A DNA stretch of 64,000 bases from Squalus acanthias (Eukaryota). Location: assembly GCA_030390025.1 (NCBI GenBank), contig CM059431.1, positions 140,370,001 to 140,434,000 on the forward strand, written 5' to 3'. Below the pieces are notes generated by a model. It saw only the letters and a list, made by a program, of their open reading frames with translations. It ran no database searches and was not told the DNA's origin. Positions within the stretch are counted from its first letter, which is position 1. Each line of letters opens with the position of its first letter. Position numbers and translations under genes: made by a program. Below, piece after piece: positions 50,808 to 63,689 of the stretch.

Positions 50808-51718
50808 TCATTCTAATTTTCTACCTAATCTCAGAATGAGTGCCCAGGGGCATTTCACCACCTTCTTCAGCTCTTCTCTAAATTTCGTCTGGGTCGCTAC
50901 ATAAATACATGGGTTTTGAAAGCAACTCAAAAACTTCAACATTGTTCCGGTTTCAGTGGCGATATATCCAGGGTCTGTGCGGTCACCTCGGTAATAAGTG
51001 GGGTTTGTCAGTCTGGTAGTTACAAAACTCACGGCAGTTGTCAGCCACAGCAATATAAAACTGCCCGATACAGTGAACAGTAAAATGATGGATTTCCTTC
51101 GGTTCTCTGTCTCTGTATCTCTCAGATTTTCACTTCTGTGACCCCGGAGTCCCCTGCGGGCTCTGCTGGCCACTAAAATACGTCTGACTGTCAAATAATT
51201 AAACAAGACAATTAAAGTAAAAGGAAGCCAAACGCCCCAGGCGCTGTGAAACCAGACGTACGCTACACCTGGAGGTGAGGAAACAAAAGCCACACTGTTC
51301 CGGCAGCCCCACTGCACCCTGTTAATTATTTGTTCAGCTTCAAATGCAAACAATACAGGGATGTCCTTTAAAAAGATTAGGACTGAGAACGCTGTTATAA
51401 TCGCGGCCGCAGTTTTCTCGGTGCAATACTTTGCTTTAAACTTCTGGCAGGAGATAACTACAAATCGATCAAATGTGAAGGAGACGGTGAACCAAACAGA
51501 CAAATCGAGGGTGACAACAGTCATGTATAGAATGAACTTACACACGGGAGTGTGGTACAGGAATGAAAGTGGAAAGTGATAATTGAAAATATGATACACG
51601 ATTACATTGATGATCAAGACCAGTAGATCTGCTGTTGCCATGGCCACCATGTAGACAGAGATACACTTGGAAAGACCGCAGTTTCCCCGGGAAAGAATCA
51701 CCATTGCCACCAAGTTCG
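50808..51718 (-). CDS. GPR139/GPR142-like class A GPCR paralogue 2, exon 2 (326 aa in total)
   Basis: Acceptor cttacag|CG; MATADLL, SVWFTVSFTFDRF, LPF, NPCIY..TQTKFREEL; intact to TGA. Confidence 0.93.
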
Positions 51719-52165
51719 CTGTAAGAAAGAGAGAGGAAAAACATAATGTTCAAGTGTGTGATTGAAATATATATGGAGATACCTGTGGAGAGCATTTTAC
51801 TCCATTCAGTGTGATTATCAACACGGAGCAGTGTGAGAACAGGATTAGTATTGGAGCCATTACCTGGGAAACCCACCCACAAATTTTAATGAGCTGCTGC
51901 AGCGCTCACTCTGCACGGGGTGATAATATGTTCCGGAAATCCGCTTAAATCCATGTGTTGTAGCTTCAAAGAACATTGTAACATCAGTGAGGTTATCGGA
52001 TTAAGGGGAATGCGGTAAGTGAGGACACGCGGTTTACGATTTGGTTCCACTCACTACCGACTGTGCAATGCTGCCATCTAGAAAACCCGTTACATTCTCA
52101 AACAGGCTCTATGTACATGGATACAGTTAACCCCGATTAACAACAAACAGATTAAAATGGCTCAC

Positions 52166-52235
52166 CAGGGACAGCGACGACCGCGAGAATCGGGTAGTAA
52201 ATCTGATTGATCAGCAGAATAGTTGATTGCCCCAT
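52166..52235 (-). CDS. GPR139/GPR142-like GPCR paralogue 2, exon 1
   Basis: MGQSTILLINQIYYPILAVVAVP; donor G|gtgagc; same 70-bp length as in paralogue 1. Confidence 0.88.
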
Positions 52236-52679
52236 TCTCTGTGAGAATGGATGAATTCTGTCGGAGCAAAATGACTCTGACTGGCGCACGGCTGAGCGAA
52301 TGGAAGGGAACCTATATTTATCCACACATCAATCCTTCAGGGAGTCCATCAGGTTAAATCATAATTAGCATTAGTTACAGTCATTTAACAAATAGACTCA
52401 GGTAAGTTGTTTTTTTATCTGATACGTCAGATTAAGAGAAATCTGTGAAATTGTTGTTGGATAGTTTTACAAAATACAGCTTTTGAAAATTGTTTACGAG
52501 TAGGAAGTGCAATCTCCCAGTACTGGTGCTGACCCTAGTCCTTCAGGCCTGGTGAATGCAGCTCCCCAGGCAACAATTGTCATGACCCTGCCCTTGATTC
52601 ACTCCTAGTGCAACAACTCCTCCAGAACAGGCAGTGAATCAAATCCTGCAATACTGGTGAAGAGCCCAGACTGGCAGCA

Positions 52680-54530
52680 TTAGAGGTGACAGGGCTCCTC
52701 CAGTACTAGTTGTACCCTACATTTAGATTAGAGGGACAGTTCTCCTCCTGTAATACTGGCAACATAATCTTAGGCTACATGTGTCCGAACTCCTGAGGTA
52801 CTAGTACCGTGTACACTGATGTTGAACGTGCTGCTATGGTAATAGTGGTAGCACAACACTAACACTACTATTAACAGTGCTACTCCTCCGATGCTAGTGG
52901 TATACCTCTCATACACTAGATGTGCGTGTGCTCCTCGTGTACAGTAGTATCTCTGCACTTACATTAGATGTGACCGTGCCCCTCCTGTCCCAGTGCTACC
53001 ACTCCACTGACAGTAGATTTGACCGTGCCCCTCCTGTCCCAGGGTTACCCCTCCACTGACACTAGATGTGACCGTGTCCCTCCTGTCCAAGTGTTACCTC
53101 TACACTGACACTATATGTGATCTTGCCCCTCCTTTCCGAGTGCTATCCCTACACTGACACTAGATGTGACCGTGCCCCTCCTGTCCCAGTGTTACCCCTA
53201 AACTGACACTTGATGAGACCCATCCTGTCCCAGTGTTACCCCTACACTTACACTAGATGTGACCGTGTCCATCCTGTCCCAGTGTTACCCCTACACTTAC
53301 ACTAGATGTGACGGTGCCTCTCCTGTCCCAGTGTTACCCCTACATTTACACTAGAGGTGACCGGACTCCTTCTGTACTAGTGGTGCCCCTATAATTGCAC
53401 TAGAGATGACCGGGCTCCTCCTGTACTAGTGGTGTCACTATACTTACACTAGATGTGACCTGGCTCCTCTTATACAAGTGGTACCTCTACCCTAACACTA
53501 GCTTTGACCGTGCTCCTCCTGTACTAGTGGTACCCCTACAATTGCACTCAAGGTGACCGTGCTTCTCCTGTACTAGTGGTGCCCGTAAACGTACAGTAGT
53601 TGTGACGGGGCTCCTCCGGTACTAGTGGTTCCTTCCACTTACACTAGAGGTGACCGTGCTCCTCCTGTACTACTGGGACCCTTCACTTACACTAGAGGTG
53701 AACGGGCTCCCCCTGAACTAGTGGGAGCCTCCAGTTACACTCGAGGTGACCGGGATCCTCCGGTAATAGTGATTCCTTACAATTACACTAGAGATTACCG
53801 GGCTCCTCCTGTACTAGTGGTACCCCTACACTTATACTAGAGGTTACCGGGCTCCTCCTGTACTCGTGGTACCCCTACACGTACACTAGTGGTGACCGGG
53901 CCCCTCCTGTACTAATGGTACCCCTACACCTACACTAGAGATGACCGGGCTCCTCCTGAACTATTGGTACAACTATACTTACACTAGAGGTGACCCGGCT
54001 CCTCTTATACTAGTGGTACCTTTACCCTAACACTAGCGTTGCCCGTGCTCCTTCTGTACTAGTGGTGCCCCTACACTTACACTAGCGTTGACCATGCTCC
54101 TCCTGTACTAGTGGTGCCCCTACACTTACACTCGAGGTGACCGTGCTCCTCCTGTACTAGTGGTGCCCCTACACTAACACTAGAGGTGACCGGGCTCCTC
54201 CTACACTAATGGTACCCCTACAATAACACTACTGTTGACAGTGCTCCTCCTACACTAGTGGTACCCCTAAAATTAATCTAGAGGTAACCGTGCTCCTCCG
54301 GTACTTGTAGCACCGTCACGGTTAAGCAAGGTATCAGCAAGTTACTCTTGTATTAGTGGTACCTCTACAATTACAATAGAGATAATAGTGCTTCTCCGGT
54401 ACTAGTCGTACTCCTACATTTACACTAGTTTTGACCGTGCTCTTTCCGTACCTGTGGTACTCTACACATACACTAGACGTGTACCTGCTCTTCCGGTACG
54501 ACTGTTACCCTTACACTTACACTAGTGGTT
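52680..54530 (+). repeat. 48/49-bp minisatellite (same family as 28300-30465, opposite orientation)
   Basis: Unit approximately actagaggtgaccgtgctcctcctgtactagtggtacccctacacttac. Confidence 0.92.
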
Positions 54531-54550
54531 AACGAGCTGCCATAAACATA

Positions 54551-55041
54551 GGTCCTGAAATTCGCCTCTCCGGCTTGCCGCGGGGGTAAGGGTCGCGCGC
54601 GCACTTACCTACCGTGCCTGCCGTTGACCTCTGGGCCCACGGGAACTTTAGATCCTGGGCCTCTCCCAACTGCCGGCGCGCAGTGCTTGCATGTCCCAGG
54701 GGCGCAGTTAGTGCGATGCGTCCCCTGGGATCACGTGGGCCATGGAGAGCCAATGGCAGCAGACCATCTTTCATTCATAGATTTGACAGGAAGACCTCCT
54801 TTTTAAAAGCGCAGGTTCTACAATACTTACCCTCCCGTAGAAACCTGAAAAAAACCTGAGTTTGCTGCGTGCGCGCAGCCTCTACCGCGCACGCGGTTCA
54901 ATCTATGAACCGCCCCCTTCACCAGACCGGAAGTTCCGGTTTCCCGCGCATGCGCAGTGCATGCAAGAACCCGGCACTTTAGCACGCCTAACGGGTGAGT
55001 GCAGAGTGCGTCCTCACCCGGAAGCATCGAATTTTTGGCCC
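54551..55041. mobile_element. Non-autonomous DNA transposon (MITE, Harbinger-like)
   Basis: Imperfect 14-bp TIRs ggtcctgaaattcg / cgaatttttggccc (11 of 14 match), ATA on both sides, GC-rich interior interrupting the minisatellite. Confidence 0.6.
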
Positions 55042-55094
55042 ATACACTAATGATCATCCTGAATCTACAGTACTCGTGGTAGCCTTACACTTAA

Positions 55095-56290
55095 CAACAA
55101 CAACAACTTGAATTTTTATGGTGCTTTTAATGTCGTAAAAAGTTAGTATGCAGGTGCAGCAAGTAAGGAGGAAAGTTGGTGGTTCGTAAGTTCGTAAAAC
55201 CTCCCAATGCGCTTCACTGGAGCATTATCAATCAAGAATTGACACCAAGACACATAGGAAGATGTTAGTTTGGAAAACCAAAATCTTGATCAAAGAGGCA
55301 GGTTTCAACGAGTGTCTTTAAGGAGGAAAGAAAAGTAGAGAGGCGGAGAGCTTTAGGGAGGGAATTCCAGCGCTTAGGGCCTTAGCAGCTGAAGACACGG
55401 CCGCCAATATTTGAGAGATTCAAATCAGCGAAGCTCAAGAGGCCGGATTTGGATAAGCGCATATATTTCGGAGATTTGTGGGGCTGGAGGGGAATACAGA
55501 GATTGGGAGGGGCCAGGCCATGTAGGGATTTGAGAACAAGGATGAGAATTTTAAAATCGAGGCGTTTCTTAACCAGGAGCCAATGTTGGTCAGCGAGCAC
55601 GGGGATAATGTGCGAATGGGGCTTAGTGCAAGTTAGGACAGGGGCAGCAGCGTTTTGGATGACCTCAAGTTAACAGAAATTACAACGTGGGAGACCGGCC
55701 AGGAGTGCGTTGGAATTGATACGTCTGGAGGTAAGAAAGGCTTGTTTCAGCCGGAGATGAGCTGAGACAGGGGCTTGGACGGGGGATGTTCTAGAGGTGG
55801 AAATAGGCGGTCTTGGTGATGGTGCGGTTATGTAGTTGGAAGATCATCTCGGGATCAAATATGACACCAAGGTTACAAACAGTCTGGATCAGCCTCAGAC
55901 ATTTGCCGCGTTGAGAGATGGAGTCCGGTGCTAGGGAACGGTGTTCCTGGTGGGGACCGAAGTAAATCGCTTTGGCCTTTCATATATTTAATTGGAGGCA
56001 ATTTCTGCTCATCCAGTATTGGATGTCGGACAAGCAGTGTGTTAATTTAGAGAAGGTGGAGGGGTCGTGAGTGGTGTATATTTGCAAACTGATGATGTGA
56101 TTTCGGATGGGGAACATGTACGCTGTAAATCACCAGCACATCTCCCGACACCTCCACTGCCTCTAAATTGTCACGCTGCTTATCCGACATCAAGCATTGG
56201 ATAAGCAGAACTTTCCTCCAACTAAATGTTGGGAAGACCGAAGCCATAGTGTTCGGTTCTCACCACAAACCTCGTTCCCTAGCCAGAGAC
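55095..56290 (-). mobile_element. L2-like LINE 3' fragment plus an inverted piece (about 56135-56290 on +)
   Basis: LADQHWLLVKKRLDFKILILVLKSLHGLAPPNL; (caa)n tail at 55095. Confidence 0.82.
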
Positions 56291-56299
56291 TCAAGCCCT

Positions 56300-57450
56300 C
56301 TCCCTACACTAAATATGAGCGTTCGCCTCCGTTACTAGTTGTACTCTACACGTACACTCGATGTGAGCGAGCTCCTCCTGTACTAATGGCACCTACACTT
56401 ACACTAGATGTGAGTGTTCTCCTCCTGTACTAGTGGCACCTACACTTACAGTAGATGTGAGCGCGCCCCTCCTGTACTACTGGCACCTACACTTACACTA
56501 GATGTGAGTGTTCTCCTCCTGTACTAGTGGCACCTACACTTACACTAGATGTGAGCGCGCCCCTCCTGTACTAGTGGCACCTACACTTACACTAGATGTG
56601 AGCGCGCCCCTTCTGTACTAGTGGCACCTACACTTACACTAGATGTGATCGCGCCCCTCCTGTACTAGTGGCACCTACGCTTACACTAGATGTGATCGCG
56701 CCCCTCCTGTACTGGTGGCACTTACACTTACACTAGATGTGAGCGTTTTCCTCCTGTACTAGTGGCATCTACACTTACACTACATGTGAGCACGCTCCTC
56801 CTGTACTAGTGGCACCTACACTTACACTAGATGTGAGCGAGCTCCTCCTGTACTAGTGTCACCTACACTAGATGTGAGCGTTCTCCTCCTGTACTAGTGG
56901 CACCTACACTTACACTAGATGTGAGCGTTCTCCTCCTGTACTAGTGGCACCTACACTTACATTAAATGTGAGCATTCTCCTCCTGTACTAGTGGCACCCA
57001 CACTTACACTAGATGTGAGCGTTCTCCTCCTGTACTAGTGGCACCTACACTTACACTAGATGTGAGCGTTCTCCTCCTGTACTAGTGACACATACACTTG
57101 CACTAGATGTGAGCGCGCTCCTCCTGTACTAGTGGTACCCTACACATCCACTAGAGGTGACCGGGCTCCTCTGGTACTGGTGGTACATGTCAATTACACT
57201 AGATGAGAGCGTTCACCTCCTGTACTAGTGGCACCTACACTTACACTAGATTTGAGCATTCTCCTCCTGCACTAGTGGCACCTACACTTACATGAGAAGT
57301 GACCGTGCTACTCCGGTATTAATCGCACCTGTACGTTTACACTAGAGGTGACCGCACTCCTGCAGTACTAGTGCAACCCCTGCACTTCCTCCAGATGTGA
57401 CTGCGCTCCTCCGGTACTGGTGATACACAACACTTACACAAGAGGTGATC
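56300..57450 (+). repeat. 47-bp variant of the same minisatellite
   Basis: Unit tacactagatgtgagcgttctcctcctgtactagtggcacctacact. Confidence 0.93.
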
Positions 57451-58054
57451 CATGCGGAATGTGTAGTGTAAATGTCTGGCACTGATTTTCCGATGGTGCA
57501 AAATTTCCAGCACCCGCTCTGCCCGCTGGATGAAAATGGGATTCGAAAACTATTGGAATTTCCTCCTTATCGTCCGTATTCCGACTCACAAACCCCCACC
57601 AAAGCGATGCTGCTTGTTGCTCGGTGGCGGTTGTCAGGAGCGATTCCTATTGGATGCACTTTATTAGGATTGTGTACTTGGGGAAACTTTCTTTCTGAAG
57701 AGTCCATGTTTGTGGCCTTTTACTATCTCCAGCTCGTGAACGGTTTCTCCATCACGCTGAGGGGATATTTTGGACCTTCCCCTGTTCCCGTGTCGATGGA
57801 GAGCAGGAAGAGGGAAATGATGAGGAGCAGCAGGGCAAGCAGGCAGCTGGAGACTCGCTTCATGAAGAAGTCGCCCAGAAGAGCCCAGTGCCCGCTGTCA
57901 GATATCTGTGACCGCAGGTCAGAGGGGGCACCAGAACAGAAATAAGATCCGAGACATCTGGAAAATAAACCAGTCACACGATCATGGAGCTCTCTTCCAC
58001 AACTACCGAGCCTCCCGTCGGAAAACATTCTGATTCAATTTTTACAAACAATTA

Positions 58055-58545
58055 CATAGAATCTACAGCACAGAAACCGGCCATTCGGCCCCACTCATAC
58101 TGATCCAGGCCGCTGGTTATGATCCAGACGAACCACCTCCCACCCTACCTCATGTAAACCTATCAGCATATCATTTTTTTCCCTTTCTCCCTCATGTATT
58201 TATCTAGCATCCCCTTAAATGCATCTAAGCAATTTGCCTCATTTATTCCATGTTGTAGGAATCTACATGCTCACAACTATCTGACTAAAGACGTTTCTCC
58301 TGAATTCCCTTATTAGGGAATATCCAATGTTTCGGATACTCCAGCAAGTGGATACATCATCTTTACATCTCCCCTATCAAAGCCCTTCATAAGTTTAAAG
58401 ACCTCTATCAGGTCACCCATCAGACTTCTCTTTACTTGAGAAAAAAGCCCAGCCTGTTCAAATTTTCTAGATAGTTGTAACCTCTCAGTTCTGGTATAAA
58501 CATTGTAAATATTTGTTGAAACTTCTCCAGTGACTTCCTATCCTT
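58055..58545 (-). mobile_element. Old CR1-type 3' end fragment
   Basis: Colinear similarity to 27238-27770. Confidence 0.6.
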
Positions 58546-60194
58546 TTAGTAATACGTCTATCTCACCGGGACACCCCACCTTGCCCAAATTATTTCCCCT
58601 TATCCAAATAGTGCTAACAATGAAAGGGAACCATTCTGTGTGCTTTCCTATTTTGATAACCACCGGTGCCCAGCCGATTCCTACAATTATAGTCCCTATC
58701 ATCCCAGACTCTCCCCTCTCCACAGTGTGCCTTTTCCAATAGACGGTTGTGAGTTGATTGACTGCTGCTGGCCAGCACGTTTCTTGTAGACTGAGGCGGC
58801 ACTTCCTTATATTTGGTGTTGGGTTATTTCCCCTTTCAGAAGAAAGTGCAGAGATTGAAGCCGCTCCGTTTGGCTTTATCTGTAATGTAACCCAGGGGCC
58901 AGAAAGCGGTCCTTAATGTGGGTAATAACAGGGACAGAAAGCAGATAATATGCGTCATGTGAGTCATCCACTGATTTCAGACATGTCGGTCTTATTGAAG
59001 GAAGGCCTGTCGGGGAGATGATGGGGTGGGCTGAAGGGTATTGAGGAACCTCATGCACATTGCTATCCAGTTATCTGGTGATCAATGAAATGAGTCCCGG
59101 TATTCCGGTATTGACAATGGTGAACATGGTTATTTTCGCGCACTGTTACATGGGGCACTGACTCATGTTACCTTGGCTGCTCCGGGGAGGTCACTGATCA
59201 TCGCCTGCCTTTCAGTTGCCATTGGATTGTAAGATTGGTAGTTGAGACCCTTTCTTTGGTCCACTCACCACATCCTCCCAGCCCCACCGCCGCCCACTCA
59301 ATGCACATTTAATGTTATTGTTTGGATTGCCGGAGACCTCACGGTGCTTTGCTCTGACTGTTATGGATCCAGTGCCAGTGGACTGGGTTCTAGTGAGTGA
59401 ATTGGGCCCGTTTCCACATTACATGTGATTGACCAATAAACGGGGGCTCTCGGTTTTCTACCCACCAGGCGGGGTTTTAGTGTAAACTCATTCTTTCTCT
59501 CTGGCAAAGGAAGGGCGTGCGCTTTTCATGCAGAACAGTCTGATATTCAACATAACACCGCGAGCTGGAGCTGGCACCATCCAAATGGTGGAGTGTTCTC
59601 CACATCTGGATCCTTCCCCTGACGCTCCCATTTATGGTCAGGGATATCGTTGCTTCGGTGATCAATCACGGGTTTATTCTCCCTCAGCTAGTAGATAATC
59701 TGGACAGTGGGATATTAAAGTGAGACGTCACATTCCTTCCTGTTGTTTTTAACATTGCAGCAATAATTTCGGAACCAATACTCTCCATCATCTGTACAAC
59801 GCAGATTGAGTCCAGCTTGACATGGTGAAGTCTGCAGGGAGCAGTTGACGGCCTATTAGTTGAGAACAGTCACTAAGCTGTGACACTCTCTGCCCCAGTG
59901 CTAATTGCAGATGAACGCGTTGTGAATCGGGGTCAGATTCCTTTCCTGTGTTGAACCAGAAGATTGCGAGGATCAGCGGTTCAGTACCACTGATGGAATC
60001 AGTCCAACCCAACCCCACGGATCATTGTAAATGGACCGAACTACCTAGATACAAGTGAGTGACGGGATTGGCAAGGATGGACTGTTTATGACAAGATAAT
60101 CATCAACACAGCCCGACCCCACTGATCATTGTAAATGGACCGAACAATCAAGATATGTGTGGGTGACGGGACTGGCCAGGATGGACTGTTCATT

Positions 60195-61720
60195 ACAACA
60201 ACAACTACGTTCATTTGTGTAGCGCATTTAACTTATTAAAATACCCCAAGGCATGTTACATGAGCGTAATCAGACAAAATATGATAGCGAACGAAAGAAG
60301 GAGCCATGAGGACAGGTGACCACAAGCGTGATCAGAGGTAGGTTCAAAGGAGAGTCTTAAAGGAGAGAAATGGAGAGGCTTAGGGAGGGGATTCCAGAGT
60401 TTAGGTCCTAGACAGCTAAAGGCACGAACTCCAGTGATGGGGCGAAGGAGGTGGAGGATACACAAGAGGCCAGAGAATGAACAATGCACAGTTCTCGGAG
60501 GATCGTACGGCTGGAGGAGGTTACACAGATTGGGAGCGGCGAGGCCATGGGGGGGATTTGAACAGGAGAATGAGAATTTTAAAATCGAGACGATGCTGGA
60601 ACAGGATCCGGTGTAGTTCACTGAACAGAGGGTGATGTGTGAATGGGACTTGGTGCGAGTTCGGTTCTGGGCAGCAGAGTTCCGGGTGAGCTTCACAGTT
60701 TATGGAGGGTGGAAGATGGGAGTCGGGACAGGATAGCTTTGGATAAACCAGGTCTGGAGGCGGCAAAGCCTGGAGGGGTTTAGCGGCAGATGGGGCGGAG
60801 CTGGCTGACGTTACACGGTCTTTGTGATGGAGACGATCTGGGATCAGAAGGTCAACTCAGGGTCAATTGGGAGGCCGAGAATGTGAACAGTCAGTTTCAG
60901 CCTGAGACATTGGCCAGGGAGGGAGATGGAGCCGGTGGCGAGAGAACGGAGTTTGTCGCTGGGACCAAAGACAATGGAGTGAGCCTGCCCACTCTTTAAT
61001 TAAAGTAAATGTTGACTCTACCAGGACTGCATGTCAGTCAATACTTTGATATCACAGAATCAGTGGAGGTGTGGAGAGAGCTGTTACTAAGTTAGAGAGA
61101 TGCGTCGTCAGTGTATATATGGATGATGTTGCTAAGGGGCAGAATATAGATAGACAGGCGAAATAATAAAACCTTCGTGGACACCAGAGGTAACGGTGTG
61201 ATGGCTCGAATATAACAAATTGCAGGATATTCTCTGGCTTTGACTACATAGGGAGGAGCGGAACCAGGTGACTGCAGTTCACTCAGCTGGAAAATGGAGG
61301 AGTGGCGTTGAAGAAGGATGGTGTCGTCAATCGTGAAGAACGAGAACGCAAAATGCACCATATTGACAGTCCCATAAGAATATCACGTTTGACTTCAATA
61401 AGGGCGGTTTCAGTGCAGTGACAAGGGCAGAAACTTGACAGTAAAAATTCAAACATGGAGTTGTGAGAAAGATCTGGGAGACGACTATATTGTCAAGGAG
61501 AGGAATAGGCGGTTGGAGATGGGGCGGTAGTTTGCAAAGACAGAGGGGTCAAAGGTGGATTTGTTAGGAGGGGCGATGACGGCAGATTTGAAAGGGAGCG
61601 GACAGTGCCAGAGCTGAGGGAACAGTTCATAATATCAGCTGGCATGAGGGCTAGAAAGGGAAGCTGGGTGATCAGCAGTTTAGTGGGAATAGGGTCGGGA
61701 GAGCAAGTTCGTGGACAAAA
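60195..61720 (-). mobile_element. Decayed L2-like LINE
   Basis: CSPDPIPTKLL, IHIYTDD, LDFKILILLFKS, RAFSCLGPKLWN; (caa)n tail. Confidence 0.82.
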
Positions 61721-61744
61721 TGAGCACGGAGAGGACACAACGGA

Positions 61745-62605
61745 AAATAGGGAACAAAGGGGAATTCTCGATAATACAGTAACTCTTTAATTCCGAATAC
61801 AGAGCAGGCGAATTTAGAAGAATACGCCAACTGTTAATTAGAAGTAGAATAAAGGTGACTTTAGTGGAAAACCGTCATTGTTATATTACAAATAAAGTAC
61901 AGTGAATCTTAGGAGAATACAGTAACTGTTTAAATATAAATGGGGAATAGTGGAATATAGGGGACCACAGTAACTATTAATTATAAATGGGGGACGGAGT
62001 ATATAGGGGAACACAGTAACTAATGATTATAAATGGGGAACGGTGGATATAGGAGAACTCAGTATCTGTTTAATTATAAATGGGGAAGAGGGGGATTTAG
62101 GTGAACACAGTAACTGTTTAATTAGAATAAGAATAAAGTTGAATGTAGTGGAACACAGTAACTCTTTAATTAGGAATAGAATAAAGTTGAATGTAGTGGA
62201 ACACAGTAACTCTTTAATTAGGAATAGAATAAAGTTGAATGTAGTGGAACACAGTAACTGTATAATTATAAATGGGGATTGGGGGGATAGTTGAACATAG
62301 TAACTGTTTAATTAAAAATGGGGAACACGGGGATTAGGAACAGAGAACGGGGGAACTTAAGGAAATAACCTATATATTTAATTATAAATAGAGAACAGGA
62401 ATTTTAGGAGAAAACAGTAACGGTTTAATTAGAAACTGGCCTCATGGAACATAATAACCATGTAGTTAGAAGGAGGACACAGGGAGACATAGTTACTGTT
62501 TAATAACAAATAGAATGCACGGAATGTCAGGGAAACACAGTATTTCTTTGATTAGAAACAGAGAAACCCAAGGGAACACAACAACTATTTAATTAGAAAG
62601 CGGGA
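61745..62605 (-). repeat. Degenerate minisatellite related to 18085-18923, inverted
   Basis: Recurring gaacacagtaactgtttaattagaa, the reverse complement of ttctaattaaacagttactgtgttc. Confidence 0.85.
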
Positions 62606-63689
62606 CAGGAGAATCACAACCAAATGGTACTCGATTTGACACAGTAATGTAATGGTTAACCTGTTCATGCCTTTGCTCTCTATATTACATTTTGATATTA
62701 CATGATATGGTTGATTACACATCGCCGTCTCACGATTGGAGCTGGGTGCAGATACATCGCTAACTGATAGAATTAAAATCTCTGGCTGCTGCCTGATTCC
62801 TGCCTTAAATACAGTTAGTCGTCTGAATCCAGTTAAATGAGAATGTGCCGATTACAAAAAAAAACTGCCCGCAACTCCCCACCACTTCCCAAAGAAGCTG
62901 GATGCCAGCCGGATTGGCAGAGCCTGGGATCCACGGGGAAATGAAATCACGTGGCGTTTGGCTTTTTGAACCTCAGGATCACGCGAGACGTTAAAAAGTG
63001 ACGGCTAATGTGGACATTTAATCACAATTAATAAATGAAGCCCATTCACATTTAAAGTACTGAGGCTATTGTTAGATTAAGGTTTTCAACAAGGTTCTTG
63101 AAAATTGTAGTGAGGTGTCATCGGTTTATTGAGCATGCAGTACATGCAATAGTATTAAACAGACACTGAAAAGGCACACATTACAGTCACATCTGATGAT
63201 GGTTGTTTGGGAATTCAAAATGTGTTTCAAATACTCATTACAAGAAGATCGTTTTTATATATTTCTGTCGCTCCCTCTATTTAGAAATCCTCACAATTCG
63301 GTATTACATAAATAAATAATTGTTAAAATTCAACTCAATATATACGGATAATTAATTTACATATATTCATCAATCACGATAGCTTTGCTTACTAAAAAAG
63401 CAGTGTTGCTCCATTGGGCTAATATTTATTTTCACCTTAGTTCGTTATCTTATCGATAGTTTCACCCTTGATCCGTATAATTGCAATTCTAACAAGTGAA
63501 ACTTTGAACGATAAGTCTTGCTTGGTTTCTGTATCACTAATGTCAATTAAAAATGATGATGTATGTCCAGATATTTTCCTTTGCAGAAGGAACACTTTCT
63601 CAAAAGTTATCAAACGATTAAAGAGCTCTGAAACATTATGAATCACTTTGGGATGTCATGTCTTTAATTAAATCTCACATTAAATCTCA

